From positions 320,001-384,000 of the forward strand of contig CAXXKM010000001.1 in NCBI GenBank assembly GCA_963664435.2: a stretch of DNA of 64,000 bases, given 5' to 3'. Below the pieces are notes generated by a model that made no database searches, was not told the origin of the DNA, and saw only the letters and a list, made by a program, of their open reading frames with translations. Below, piece after piece: positions 39,464 through 54,072 of the stretch (the first letter of the stretch is position 1; every line of letters starts with the position of its first letter). The stretch is from Longimicrobiales bacterium (lineage in GTDB: Bacteria > Gemmatimonadota > Gemmatimonadetes > Longimicrobiales > Gaopeijiaceae). Made by a program: the position numbers and the translations under genes.

Positions 39464-41587
39464 ATGAAAGCCCTTGCTTCGGCGATTCGAGCACTGCTCG
39501 CGGTGCCTGCGGTATCGTGGAGCCTTCTGGCTTCGGCCGCGCTTGCCTGGGGCCTCATGTGGGGGTCCTGGCAGAACCTGTGCGGCGACTGCCCTTCCAT
39601 CGCCCAGATCCACAACTGGGAGCCCCGGCAGACCTCGAAACTGCTCGCCCGCGACGGACGCATCATCTCGGAGTTCGGCATCCAGCGCCGTACCCCGGTG
39701 GCCATCGGTTCCCTGCCCGCCTATGTCCCGGGAGCCTTCGTCGCGGTGGAGGACAAGCGCTTCTACAGCCACGGCGGCGTGGACCCGATAGGCATAACGC
39801 GCGCGGCGCGCGACCTCGTCCTCACCCGATCCCTGGAGCACGGTGGCGGAAGTACGCTGACGCAGCAGTTGGCGCGCAACATCTGGGATGAGGACATCGG
39901 CTTCGAAAAGCGTCTCGTGCGCAAGCTCAAGGAGGCGCAGGTAGCGCTGGAGCTCGAGCGCGCCTACACGAAGGACCAGATCCTCGAAGCCTACATGAAC
40001 CAGGTGAATTACGACGGGGTGTACGGCATCGAGGCGGCCGCCCGCAAGTACTTCGGCAAACCGGCCACGCAGATAAACCCTGCGGAAGCCGCGCTCCTTG
40101 CCGCGATCCCGAACCGTCCGCGCCGCTACAACCCCTTCCTCAACCCGGAAGAGGCCGGGTCGCGACGCGATCTGGTTCTGCGCCGCATGGCCGAGCAGGG
40201 GATCATCAGCCAGGCTGAGCTGGAACGGTGGTCCGCGGTGCCGCTCCCGACGCCCGGCACCCGCGGCGGGGGCCCGGTTGCGCCCTACTTCGAGGAGTGG
40301 ATCAGGCAGATCCTTGACGACCGCTACGGCAGCCAGCTGTACACGGCGGGCCTCGAAATCCAGACCACGCTCGACCTGGACATGCAGTTCCTGGCTGAAC
40401 GGGCCATGGAGTGGGGATTCGGCCGCATCGAGGAACGGCCCGGGTTCGATCATCCGCTGTACGAGGAGTTCGCCGAGGCCACCGAAGCCTTCGAAACCCC
40501 GTATGTCCAGGGGGCGATGATTGTCCTGGAGCCCTCGACCGGGGAGGTGCTCGCGATGGTCGGCGGCAGGGATTTCGTCCACTCCAAGTTCAACCGCGCG
40601 ACGCAGGCCATGCGCCAGCCGGGCTCGTCCTTCAAGCCCTTCGTCTACGCGGCCGCGGTCGAGAGCGGCATCCCGCCGTCGCACGTCGTGGTCGACGCGC
40701 CCTTCGCCTACATGCAGGTAAGCGGCGAGCCCTGGCTGCCCCAGAACTTCGACGAGATCTTCAAGGGCCGCATGACCATCCGCCAGGGCCTGCGCGAATC
40801 GCGCAACATGATCGCCATCCGGCTCGGATGGGACGACGTAGGCATCGAGACCGTCGCCCAGATGGCCACCCGTCTCGGCCTGAGCAGCGATATCCCGCGC
40901 TTTCCCTCCACCACCATCGGCTCGGCGGAGGTTCTTCCCATCGACATGGCCAAGGCGTATGCGTCCTTCGCGACCCTGGGCACGCGCGTGGAGCCCCACG
41001 GCATCCTGCGGGTGGAGAACGCCGAGGGCGAGATGCTCTGGGAGCCGCAGCCGGAGAAGACGCCGGTGATGGACAGCCTGGAAGCGCGGGTCATCGTACA
41101 CATGCTGGAGGACGTGGTCGCGGCTGGAACCGGGTACATGGCCATCCGCATCATCGCCGGCCTCCCGAACGAAGTCCCCGCGGCCGGCAAGACCGGCACG
41201 ACCAACAACTCGACGGATGCGTGGTTCAACGGGTTCACCCCCGACCTGCACGCGATCGTCTGGTACGGAATGGACCAGCCGCAGGAGATCCGCCCCAACT
41301 CTACCGGCGGCGGCGACGCGGCCCCCGTCTGGGGCACCTTCATGCGCAGCGTATACTACGGGTGGGAGGGCGACGAGATCTATCCCGACATACCCCCGCT
41401 GCGGGAGATTCCTTCACGCTGGCCGCTGCCGGAGACCCTCCTCCGGCTGGAGGTGGACAACAAGACCGGTCTTCTGGCTTCCGAGTGGTGTCCGGAGGTT
41501 CAGCGCTACCAGGAGATCTTCATTCCGGGGACGGAGCCGACCGAGCCCTGCGACGCCTCGCGCATCTTCGGCGGCGTGCCGCGCTAG
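39464..41587 (+). CDS. Class A penicillin-binding protein (PBP1A family)
   Basis: EDKRFYSHGG, GGSTLTQQLARN and RKLKE (glycosyltransferase); GSSFK, SRN and KTGT (transpeptidase). Confidence 0.95.
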   Translation: MKALASAIRALLAVPAVSWSLLASAALAWGLMWGSWQNLCGDCPSIAQIHNWEPRQTSKLLARDGRIISEFGIQRRTPVAIGSLPAYVPGAFVAVEDKRFYSHGGVDPIGITRAARDLVLTRSLEHGGGSTLTQQLARNIWDEDIGFEKRLVRKLKEAQVALELERAYTKDQILEAYMNQVNYDGVYGIEAAARKYFGKPATQINPAEAALLAAIPNRPRRYNPFLNPEEAGSRRDLVLRRMAEQGIISQAELERWSAVPLPTPGTRGGGPVAPYFEEWIRQILDDRYGSQLYTAGLEIQTTLDLDMQFLAERAMEWGFGRIEERPGFDHPLYEEFAEATEAFETPYVQGAMIVLEPSTGEVLAMVGGRDFVHSKFNRATQAMRQPGSSFKPFVYAAAVESGIPPSHVVVDAPFAYMQVSGEPWLPQNFDEIFKGRMTIRQGLRESRNMIAIRLGWDDVGIETVAQMATRLGLSSDIPRFPSTTIGSAEVLPIDMAKAYASFATLGTRVEPHGILRVENAEGEMLWEPQPEKTPVMDSLEARVIVHMLEDVVAAGTGYMAIRIIAGLPNEVPAAGKTGTTNNSTDAWFNGFTPDLHAIVWYGMDQPQEIRPNSTGGGDAAPVWGTFMRSVYYGWEGDEIYPDIPPLREIPSRWPLPETLLRLEVDNKTGLLASEWCPEVQRYQEIFIPGTEPTEPCDASRIFGGVPR

Positions 41588-42912
41588 AGCTGCTCGACCC
41601 CGGTGGCGGTTACGCGGTGGGACATCAGAGGCGTCTGCGGCCGCGGTGGCTCCGGAAGGATCGCGATCGCCCGCTCGAGAATCCTCGAAGCCCTGTCGGC
41701 GTCCGAGGGCGTGGCCGCGTAAACGACCCCCAGGGTGCTGCCGGCGGCTATCTCGTCGCCGACGCCGACCTCCAGCCTGAACCCCACTCCGCGGTTGATG
41801 GTCGCCCCGAGCCGCGTCCGGCCGCCACCCAGCTCGACCACTCCGCGGCCCAGCGCCCGAGGATCGATGGCGGCCGCGAATCCGGTCGATGGCGCGCGGA
41901 CGTAGCGGCGGACGCGAGCGGAGGGCAGCCTCTCGGGGCGATGGATCGCCCGGGTGTCGCCGCCCTGAAGGGCGACCACGCGCGCGAACCGTTCCAGCGG
42001 ACCGCCCGAGTCCAGCGTGGCCGCCGCCTGCGCGCGGGCGCTCCCGGCATCGGGCGCCAGACCTCCGACGACCATCATCTGCGCCACGAGGGCGAGCGTG
42101 ACTTCCCTCAGGTCCGCGGGACCGCCGCCCGCCAGGCAGTCCAGTGCCTCGGCCACCTCCAGCGCGTTGCCGACGGCCCGCCCAAGGGGACGATCCATCG
42201 CGGTCACCAGGGCAACGGTCTCGACGCCGGCGCGCTTACCGAGGGTCACCATGGTCCGCGCCAGCTCCAGCGCGCGGTCGATCCCGGGAATGAAGGCGCC
42301 GGAGCCCGCCTTCACGTCGAGCACCAGCCCGGTCAGCCCCTCCGCGAGCTTCTTGCTCATGATGCTGGTCGCGATGAGAGGAATCGACGACACCGTGCCG
42401 GTCACCGAGCGAAGATCGTAGAGCCGGCGGTCGAGGGGCGCGATTTCCGGGGTTTGCCCGATCATCGCGAACCGCTCCCGCTCCACGATCGACACGAAAT
42501 CGTCGAGCGCGATATCGGTGCGGAAGCCCGGGATCGATTCGAGCTTGTCGAGGGTGCCGCCCGTGTGGCCGAGACCCCGGCCCGACATCATGGGCACGTA
42601 GAGCCCCAGCTCCGCGGCGAGGGGAGCCAGAACCAGCGAAACCTTGTCTCCGACGCCGCCCGTAGAGTGCTTGTCGACCCGTGGGCCGTCGAGATGGGAG
42701 AGATCGAGAGAGGCTCCCGAGGCGATCATGGTGTGCAGGACGGCGTCCAGCTCGGCGCCCGAAAGCCCCCGGAACCAGACGGCCATGAGGAAGGCCGCCA
42801 TCTGGTAGTCGGGGACATCCCCCTCGAGATACGCGCGAAGGAAGGTCTGCAGCTCTCCCGCTTCAAGTGCCTGGCCGGCGCTCTTGCGCTCGATGATGCG
42901 AATCGCGCTCAT
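41584..42912 (-). CDS. pdp: Pyrimidine-nucleoside/thymidine phosphorylase
   Basis: DKHSTGGVGDK, SGRGLGHTGGTLDKLESIPG, SIMSKKLAEG. Confidence 0.95.
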   Translation of the reverse strand: MSAIRIIERKSAGQALEAGELQTFLRAYLEGDVPDYQMAAFLMAVWFRGLSGAELDAVLHTMIASGASLDLSHLDGPRVDKHSTGGVGDKVSLVLAPLAAELGLYVPMMSGRGLGHTGGTLDKLESIPGFRTDIALDDFVSIVERERFAMIGQTPEIAPLDRRLYDLRSVTGTVSSIPLIATSIMSKKLAEGLTGLVLDVKAGSGAFIPGIDRALELARTMVTLGKRAGVETVALVTAMDRPLGRAVGNALEVAEALDCLAGGGPADLREVTLALVAQMMVVGGLAPDAGSARAQAAATLDSGGPLERFARVVALQGGDTRAIHRPERLPSARVRRYVRAPSTGFAAAIDPRALGRGVVELGGGRTRLGATINRGVGFRLEVGVGDEIAAGSTLGVVYAATPSDADRASRILERAIAILPEPPRPQTPLMSHRVTATGVEQL

Positions 42913-43039
42913 GGGCGGCGCGTGGTCGACGGCGACCGGAGCGGAGTGCGATGTTGTTGGGGTCATTTCGGGTTGTGGCAGCGTGTTACGTTGGGTGGAC
43001 CCGCGAAAACATCCTACACAAACGGGAGAAAAACTCCGC

Positions 43040-43477
43040 ATGCGGGTGCTCGGGATCGATTATGGCGAACGGCGAATCGGGGTCGCTGTCAGCGACCCGA
43101 CCGGCACCTTCGCCACGCCCCTGCCGACGCTGACCCGGCGTCGCGGGAAGCGGCCGCCCATGGGCGCCCTCCGGACGCTCGCGCGTGACCACGACGCAAT
43201 TGCGCTGGTTGTGGGGCTCCCGCTTGCCGCCGATGGGACCGAGACAGAGTGGTGCGCGGAGGTGCGCCGGTTCGGAGACCGCCTTGGTAGCGGACTGGCG
43301 CTCGACGTGTACTATGTCGACGAGCGCATGACATCCGCCCGCGCGGAGAGGGTCGTGCGCTCGCTGGCATTGCCCCGGCGCAAACGGGAGCAAAAGGAAC
43401 GCGTGGACGCGGCGGCCGCCGCGCTGATTCTGCAGAGATGGCTGGACACGGGAGGAAAGATCGCCTCAAGTGACTAG
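43040..43477 (+). CDS. ruvX: RuvX/YqgF nuclease
   Basis: LGIDYGERRIGVAVSD, VVGLP, DERMTS, VDAAAAALIL. Confidence 0.95.
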   Translation: MRVLGIDYGERRIGVAVSDPTGTFATPLPTLTRRRGKRPPMGALRTLARDHDAIALVVGLPLAADGTETEWCAEVRRFGDRLGSGLALDVYYVDERMTSARAERVVRSLALPRRKREQKERVDAAAAALILQRWLDTGGKIASSD

Positions 43478-44882
43478 AGCGGTGAAGGCCGCGCTGGAGG
43501 CCGTCGCCGGGCTGCTGCGGAGAGCCCGCCATCCCGATCCCGGGCGGGAACGGGCGCGGGCCGTCCTGGCGGTCGTGGCTTCCGGGCTCACGAAGGCCGG
43601 TCGGAGGGCGAGGGTCGCCGCGGGCACTACCGCTTCCATGCTCGAGAGGGCTGCCGCCGTCGCCGCGTCCGCGACCCGTGCGGCGATCCGGCGGGTTGCC
43701 GCGCTGGTGCGGAAGGCCGGCCATCCGGGCGCTGTCTCGGATCGGGCGAGGGCCGCTCGGGGCGCCGCGGCTTCGATGCTCCGGAGGGCCGTGGCCGGAA
43801 CCGCTTCGGCGACCCGTGCGGCCACCAGGTGGGGAACGGCCCTGGCCTGGCCGAAGATCGTGCTGGGGGCGGCCGCCGGCGTGATCCTGCTCGGCGGCGT
43901 GTCGGTGCTGCTCTGGCTGGCGGCGCCGGTCGAGATCCCCGGCAACGCGCCCGCGGACGGCGAGACCGTGGTGTTCACGGTCGCGCCGGGAGCCACCTTC
44001 GGGCAGATCACCGACACGCTGGTGACGCGCGGACTGATTCGGAGACCCTTGCTCTTCCGCGTCTACGGGCGGCTGCGGCGGGACGAGCGCAATGTACGCG
44101 CAGGCACATACGCGCTCGACGCCGGAACCGGGTGGCCGAGCCTGCTCGACGCCCTGGTCGAGGGCCGGGTCAGGATGGTGGCGGTCACCATTCCGGAAGG
44201 CTTCACGCTTCCCCAGATCGCCACCCGCATCGCCGGCATCACCGAACTCCCCACCGACACCGTGCGCGTCAGGCTGGGAGGCGAAGACGCCCACAACCGC
44301 TGGAGTCTGCCCGGACCCGGGCTGGAGGGCTACCTGTTTCCGGATACCTACCTCTTCGCGGGAGGTGTCCCGCTCGACGCCGTCGTCGACGCGATGACCG
44401 AGCGCTACCAAGGCTACTGGACGCCCGAGCGGAAGGCCCGGGCCGCGGAACTCGAACTGTCGGAGCGGGAGGTGGTGACGCTGGCGTCGATCATCCAGTC
44501 GGAGGCTCGCGTATCCGACGAAATGCCCGCGATCTCGGCGGTCTACCACAACCGCCTGCGCATCGGCATGCTCCTCCAGGCCGACCCCACCGTGCTGTAC
44601 GCGCTGGGCGGCCACCGCCCCCGCCTGCTCTTCGCCGCCATCGACTCGGTGGCCGACAACCCCTACAACACCTATACCCAGGGGGGACTGCCCCCCGGCC
44701 CCATCGGGGCGCCCGGAGCCGCCGCGCTGGACGCCGCGCTCTACCCGGCCGAGGCAGACTACCTGTACTTCGTCGCCAACGCCGACGGCTCGCACACCTT
44801 CTCGCGCACCCTGACCGAGCACAACCGCGCGGTCGCGCGGTCGCGGCGAGGGGCCGCCGGGGCGGGTCCGGGCGGCGCATGA
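43470..44882 (+). CDS. mltG: Endolytic transglycosylase MltG with long Ala/Arg-rich N-terminus
   Basis: TIPEG, LEGYLFPDTY, LASIIQSE, LQADPT, PYNTY..GLPPGPI, YLYFV. Confidence 0.93.
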   Translation: MTRAVKAALEAVAGLLRRARHPDPGRERARAVLAVVASGLTKAGRRARVAAGTTASMLERAAAVAASATRAAIRRVAALVRKAGHPGAVSDRARAARGAAASMLRRAVAGTASATRAATRWGTALAWPKIVLGAAAGVILLGGVSVLLWLAAPVEIPGNAPADGETVVFTVAPGATFGQITDTLVTRGLIRRPLLFRVYGRLRRDERNVRAGTYALDAGTGWPSLLDALVEGRVRMVAVTIPEGFTLPQIATRIAGITELPTDTVRVRLGGEDAHNRWSLPGPGLEGYLFPDTYLFAGGVPLDAVVDAMTERYQGYWTPERKARAAELELSEREVVTLASIIQSEARVSDEMPAISAVYHNRLRIGMLLQADPTVLYALGGHRPRLLFAAIDSVADNPYNTYTQGGLPPGPIGAPGAAALDAALYPAEADYLYFVANADGSHTFSRTLTEHNRAVARSRRGAAGAGPGGA

Positions 44883-45529
44883 CCGGCGTTCCGGACCAGC
44901 TCCGGGGCTCGCTCCGCCTGATGGTGATCACCCACCCGCGCCCAGGCTGCGGGCGGCCGCTGGCGGAGGTGGTCGAGGCAGTGGTGGCGGCCGGCGCCGG
45001 CGCCATCCAGCTGCGCGACAAGGAAGCGCCGCCCCGCAAGCTCCTTGGTCTGGCCCGCCGACTGCGTGCCGTCACCGCCCGCCACGGGGCCCTGCTCATT
45101 GTCAACGACCGCCTCGACGTCGCGCTGGCGGCAGGCGCGGACGGCGTCCACCTGGGCCCCGATGACGTACCCGTGGCAGCGGCCCGCCGGGTGGTGCCGG
45201 ACGGCTTCCTGCTGGGGCACTCGACCGACGATCCCCGCGTGGCCCGCCGGGCGGAGGCCGACGGCGCCGACTACCTCGGGTGCGGGACCGTCTTCCCCAC
45301 CGCCAGCAAGGAGGACGCCGGGGCGGTCATCGGGGTCGGCGGGCTCGGCGCCGTGGCGCGCTCGGTGCGCATCCCCGTGCTCGCCATCGGCGGCGTGACC
45401 GCCGACCGTACCCCGCTTCTGGACGGGAGCGGGGCGGGCGGGGTGGCCGTCATTTCGGCGGTGATGGCGGCGGACCGGCCGGCGAACGCGACACGCCGGC
45501 TGCGGGAGGCGGTGGAGGGGTGGGGCTGA
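44879..45529 (+). CDS. thiE: Thiamine phosphate synthase
   Basis: IQLRDK, IVNDR, GVHLGPDD, FPTASK, LAIGG; ATGA overlap with mltG. Confidence 0.93.
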   Translation: MTGVPDQLRGSLRLMVITHPRPGCGRPLAEVVEAVVAAGAGAIQLRDKEAPPRKLLGLARRLRAVTARHGALLIVNDRLDVALAAGADGVHLGPDDVPVAAARRVVPDGFLLGHSTDDPRVARRAEADGADYLGCGTVFPTASKEDAGAVIGVGGLGAVARSVRIPVLAIGGVTADRTPLLDGSGAGGVAVISAVMAADRPANATRRLREAVEGWG

Positions 45530-45550
45530 CGAGGCGCCGCCGTCCCGCCG

Positions 45551-46366
45551 CTACATCCCGCCCGCTTCCAGGAAGCCCGCCACTTCATCCCCGAACACGC
45601 AGAACTCGCCCAGCGTTCCCGAGTCGGGACCGTGCCAGTCCGAGCCACCGGTCGGGAGCAGGTTCCACGCCCGCGCGATCCGTTCCAGCGAGAGAATGCG
45701 CTTGGGTGAAGTGCGGGGCCGGTAGACCTCGATCCCTCTCAATCCCGCCAGCTTGAGCCCGGGAAGAAGCCCTTCCAGGAGCTCGAAGGGAGGATGGGCC
45801 CAAACCGGAATCCCGCCCGCCTCGACGATGATCCGGATGGCGTCCTCGGCCGAAACGAGGGCCGTGGGGACGTACGCGGGATGCCGGTTTCCGATGAGCC
45901 GGTCGAACGCGTCGGGGACGCTGTCCGCATGCCCCGCACCGACCAGGGCGCGCGCGAGATGGGGCCGGCCCAGGCTGCGGCGCGAGGGCCCGGCGATTTC
46001 GACCACCGACTCGTACCGGACGTGAACGCCGCGGACGGCCAGACGCTGGATCATCTCCTGCATCCGCTCTTCGCGCCGGTGGCCCGCCCGGCCCTCGTAC
46101 GCGCGCAGCCGCGGCGCCGAGGGATCCACGAAGTAGCCCAGGATGTGGAGCCCCTGACCCGCGTGAACGGAGCTGATTTCGATGCCCGGAATGATCTCGA
46201 TCGGGACCCGCGCAGCCGCCCTTCGGGCGTCCTCGAGGCCCTGGGTGGTGTCGTGATCGGTGAGCGCGATCACGTCCAGCCGCCCGGCGGCGGCGGCCTG
46301 CACCACGCCCGACGGCGGCTCGGAGCCGTCCGAGGCCTGGGAGTGCAGGTGGAGGTCCAGGCGCAC
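45551..46366 (-). CDS. PHP-domain phosphoesterase
   Basis: DLHLHSQASDG, ALTDHD, GIEIS, HILGY, GRPH, GGSDWHG. Confidence 0.92.
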   Translation of the reverse strand: MRLDLHLHSQASDGSEPPSGVVQAAAAGRLDVIALTDHDTTQGLEDARRAAARVPIEIIPGIEISSVHAGQGLHILGYFVDPSAPRLRAYEGRAGHRREERMQEMIQRLAVRGVHVRYESVVEIAGPSRRSLGRPHLARALVGAGHADSVPDAFDRLIGNRHPAYVPTALVSAEDAIRIIVEAGGIPVWAHPPFELLEGLLPGLKLAGLRGIEVYRPRTSPKRILSLERIARAWNLLPTGGSDWHGPDSGTLGEFCVFGDEVAGFLEAGGM

Positions 46367-46370
46367 CGGA

Positions 46371-46640
46371 TCAGCCGGGAGAGATGGTGCGCCCCGACTC
46401 CGTAAGGACGATCACTTCATCGGCGAGGACCTTGAGTACGCCGCCCGCGACCGGATACCGGGCGCTGCCTCCGCCGACGAGGTCCACATTCACGTCTCCG
46501 GTTCCGAGCAGGGTCAGGAAGGGAGCGTGGCTGGGAAGAACGCCCACCTTGCCGTCCCACGCGGGCGCGACCAGCGAAGCGGCCTCGCCCTCGAAGAGGA
46601 CCCGCTCCGGGCTTACCACCTTGACGTTGAGGGCACCCAC
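46371..46640 (-). CDS. atpC: ATP synthase epsilon subunit (short form)
   Basis: VVSPER, GVLPSHAP, GGVLKV; last gene of the atp operon. Confidence 0.9.
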   Translation of the reverse strand: MGALNVKVVSPERVLFEGEAASLVAPAWDGKVGVLPSHAPFLTLLGTGDVNVDLVGGGSARYPVAGGVLKVLADEVIVLTESGRTISPG

Positions 46641-46641
46641 G

Positions 46642-48147
<1,506 letters not shown>

Positions 48148-48154
48148 TTAGGGT

Positions 48155-49015
48155 TTAACCGACGCCCTCCGCCCCTCCGACGATCTCCGCGATCTCCTGC
48201 GTGATCTGCGCCTGGCGGGCCCGGTTGTAGGTGCGGGTGAGGTGTTCGATCATCTCTCCCGCGTTGTCGGTCGCGTTCTTCATGGCGGTGCGGCGCGCGC
48301 CCTGCTCGGCGGCCGCGTTCTCCACCAGCGCCCTGTAGACCATGTTGCGGAGATACAGGGGAATAAGGTCGCGCAACACCCCGACCGCGGTGGGCGACAG
48401 GATGAACGCCTCGGGCGAAAGGGCACCCTCCGACGGTTGCAGCGGCAGCAGCTGACGGGTCCGGGGAGGCGTCGACATGGCGGAGCGGAACTCCGACGAA
48501 ATCAGGTACACCGCGTCGATCTCACCGGCCTCGAAGGCTTCGCGCAGCGATCCGGAGAGCGATTCGGCATCGGCGACGGTCGGGTCGTCGCTGATGTCGG
48601 TTCGGCTGGAAGCGATGGGCTCGCCCCGGAACCGGAAGTAGGCAAGCCCCTTGCGGCCCGCCAGATGCAGATCGACCTCCACTCCGTCGTCCCGAAGCTT
48701 CTCGAGCAGCTGACGCCCCTCGCGAATGAGGTTGGCGTTGAAGGCTCCCGCGAGCCCCCGGTTGGCGGTCGTCAGGAGGATGGCGGCGCGGCGGACCCGC
48801 TCCGGCCTGCGAAGCACCGGCAGGAACTCCGCGTATTCCGGCGCATGAAGGCTGGATACGATGTCGCTCAGTGCCTCGCTGTATGGCCGCGCCGCGTTTA
48901 CGCGGTCGGTGGCCCGCTTCAGCTTGGAGGTGGCCACCAACTCCATGGTCCGCGTGATCTGGCGCGTATTCTCTACCGAGCGAATGCGGCGCTTGACATC
49001 GCGGGCTCCGGGCAT
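48155..49015 (-). CDS. atpG: ATP synthase gamma subunit
   Basis: QITRTMELVA, RGLAGAFN, NRARQAQITQEIAEIVGG. Confidence 0.98.
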   Translation of the reverse strand: MPGARDVKRRIRSVENTRQITRTMELVATSKLKRATDRVNAARPYSEALSDIVSSLHAPEYAEFLPVLRRPERVRRAAILLTTANRGLAGAFNANLIREGRQLLEKLRDDGVEVDLHLAGRKGLAYFRFRGEPIASSRTDISDDPTVADAESLSGSLREAFEAGEIDAVYLISSEFRSAMSTPPRTRQLLPLQPSEGALSPEAFILSPTAVGVLRDLIPLYLRNMVYRALVENAAAEQGARRTAMKNATDNAGEMIEHLTRTYNRARQAQITQEIAEIVGGAEGVG

Positions 49016-49016
49016 T

Positions 49017-50591
<1,575 letters not shown>

Positions 50592-50617
50592 GCCTGTCCT
50601 CTGGTGACTCGAAGGCG

Positions 50618-51193
50618 TCAGCCTCCGCCGTTGGTTGTTCCAGTGCCGCCCAGGGATGCCGCCAGCAGCGAGTGGCGCATCCCCTCCAGGCGGCGTCTCA
50701 GGGAGCCGTCGTATACGGTGTCGCCCGCACGCACAACCACCCCACCCAGGATGTCCGGATGAACCCGGAAGTGGGGAATCGCGGCCCGGCCCAGCAGCTG
50801 CGAGAGCCGGCCGGCGACACTTGCCTGCGCCGTATCGTCGAGCGCGCGCGCCACCGTGACCTCGACATGGACCCGCTTGCGGTGTTCGTCCAGAAGCTCG
50901 TTGTAGCAGAGCGCGATCTGCTCGAGCAGCGACTGCCGGCGCTTATCGACCGTGACCAGCACGAAGCTGAGAAAGTGCCCCGGGACGCGATCCGCGAGAG
51001 CGGTGCGCAGCACCACCTTCTTGTCGGCGGCGGCGATGCGCGGCGTAGCCAGGAAGGTGCGCAGGCCCGGGCTCTCGCTGAGGATTCCGACCAGGGCGGC
51101 GAGCGCGTCCTGGTAGGCTTCCACCCCTTCGTGACGCTCCGCCAGAGCGAAGAGGGTTTCCGCGTAGTTCCTGGCGACGGTCTCTTCCCTCAC
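50618..51193 (-). CDS. atpH: ATP synthase delta subunit
   Basis: [27 protein letters not shown]. Confidence 0.93.
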   Translation of the reverse strand: MREETVARNYAETLFALAERHEGVEAYQDALAALVGILSESPGLRTFLATPRIAAADKKVVLRTALADRVPGHFLSFVLVTVDKRRQSLLEQIALCYNELLDEHRKRVHVEVTVARALDDTAQASVAGRLSQLLGRAAIPHFRVHPDILGGVVVRAGDTVYDGSLRRRLEGMRHSLLAASLGGTGTTNGGG

Positions 51194-51774
51194 GCGTCGC
51201 GCCCCCTCGCGGTATCGGAGAGCGACGACAGGTAGTCGTTCACCAGCTCGCGGTCTTCCGGCGCGTCCAGACGCTGCCGGACCAGCCTGGAGGCGGCCGC
51301 CAGGGCAAGGCCCACGGTCTCCTTGCGGATCGCCTCGAGCACGGCGTCCCGTTCCACCTCGATCTCGCGCCGCGCGCGTTGCACGATGGCGGCACTCTCT
51401 TCCCGCGCCTTCGCCTCCATCTCACGCCCGAGGCGGGCCGCGGCCTCCTTGGCCTCGGCGATGATGTGCCGTGCCTCGTGGCGGGCCTCATGCAGTTGCA
51501 GCCTGTGCTGGTCGAGCGCGTCGGACGCGTCCCTGCGCAGCCGCGCGGCATCGTCGATGGAACTCTGGATGTTCTCCTCCCGGGCCTCCAGCGCCTTCAG
51601 AATCGGACCCCAGGCGAACTTGCCGAGCAGCACGAGCAGAATCAGAAAGACGATCAGCGCCCACAGGCTCAGGCCGGTGTTGATGTCGAACAGGCCCCCG
51701 CCTTCCTGCGCCGCGAGGGGTGTCGGAACGGCCTGGAATGCCGCCATCGCGGCAGCCACCGGTAATGCTCTCAT
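51190..51774 (-). CDS. atpF: ATP synthase subunit b
   Basis: Single TM, KFAWGPILKALEARE, long coiled coil. Confidence 0.93.
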   Translation of the reverse strand: MRALPVAAAMAAFQAVPTPLAAQEGGGLFDINTGLSLWALIVFLILLVLLGKFAWGPILKALEAREENIQSSIDDAARLRRDASDALDQHRLQLHEARHEARHIIAEAKEAAARLGREMEAKAREESAAIVQRARREIEVERDAVLEAIRKETVGLALAAASRLVRQRLDAPEDRELVNDYLSSLSDTARGRDA

Positions 51775-51869
51775 AATCGCGCCACCAAGGTTCCCGGACA
51801 GGCGCCCGAAGCCGGCCGGACGACAGGTCCGGCGCGGGTGACGGGCACGCCGCGGGAAACGGTTCCGGG

Positions 51870-53116
<1,247 letters not shown>

Positions 53117-53129
53117 GGAGTCTTCTCCA

Positions 53130-53501
53130 TCAGGCCGTTTCCGCCGCGGCCCGCATGCGGGCGGCGAGGAAGACCGGCTCGAGCATCAGGAGCACGAAGA
53201 AGAACCCCGCGCAGCCCAGCAGCGTGGTGGCGGGGGAGAGAGCCGGAAGCAGCGTCACCGACAGCCCCACGGCGATCACGACGGCCACGCGAACGACCGC
53301 GGCGCCGATCCACACCACCAGGCCCTCGGCGGGCCGTATCGCGTGCTTGCAGAGCAGGGCGAAGGCCGCGACCTGAACCGGAAACGTGATGGCGGCCGCG
53401 ACCAGGAGACCGGCCCTGCCGGGACCGTCGAGCCAGGGGAACATCGCGCCGTTTGCTGCGGCCAGGATGGCGAGGGCCGCCCCCGCGTACTTGAGCGTCA
53501 T
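53130..53501 (-). CDS. AtpI-like 4-TM membrane protein
   Basis: Small hydrophobic ORF between atpZ and atpB, with ATGA overlap. Confidence 0.7.
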   Translation of the reverse strand: MTLKYAGAALAILAAANGAMFPWLDGPGRAGLLVAAAITFPVQVAAFALLCKHAIRPAEGLVVWIGAAVVRVAVVIAVGLSVTLLPALSPATTLLGCAGFFFVLLMLEPVFLAARMRAAAETA

Positions 53502-53785
53502 CGCTCGTGTTCTTCCCGTTCTCTCTGCCGGCGTGGTTCCAGGACGACGTGGTAGTAGAGGCTGTACAAGCCCGCGGCCGCTCCGACGAAGGCGCCGAGG
53601 ACGGTGAACACCGGGACCGTCCCCAGCCGGTTGTCCAACAACCAGCCCACCCACAGGAAGAGCCCGGTCGCGAACGCCAGGGTGAGTCCCTGCCCCGCAA
53701 CGCGGGCTGCATCTGCCCGAGGATTCCACGGATCTCCTGCCGGAGCTCGCGGGGGCTTGTCGTCGCCCACCTGATCAACCTCCAC
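53498..53785 (-). CDS. AtpZ/AtpI-family protein (first gene of the atp operon)
   Basis: GWLLDNRLGTVPVFTVLG two-TM signature. Confidence 0.85.
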   Translation of the reverse strand: MEVDQVGDDKPPRAPAGDPWNPRADAARVAGQGLTLAFATGLFLWVGWLLDNRLGTVPVFTVLGAFVGAAAGLYSLYYHVVLEPRRQREREEHER

Positions 53786-54072
53786 GGGTGCGATCCTACC
53801 CCGGAAAACAGCCGACAGAAGCTAGAAGGTTGGGGCATCGGACGCAACCTTCGAAGAAGCCCTCTCCGGTGTCCCCGCGCATGGGCTTGCACGAACGGAT
53901 TTGCGCCGCGCGCGGCTGGCGTAGCGGGGTCCCGTTCCCCTACCTTCGGCACGCCGGGATCCTGTCCCGGAAATCGGTTTATTCTCGCTAGGCTTGCCGA
54001 ATCTGCGATCGTGCGGATGCGACGGGCATCCGCGGCCCATTCCTCGATTCGACCCCGGAGCTGCAACCTGAC

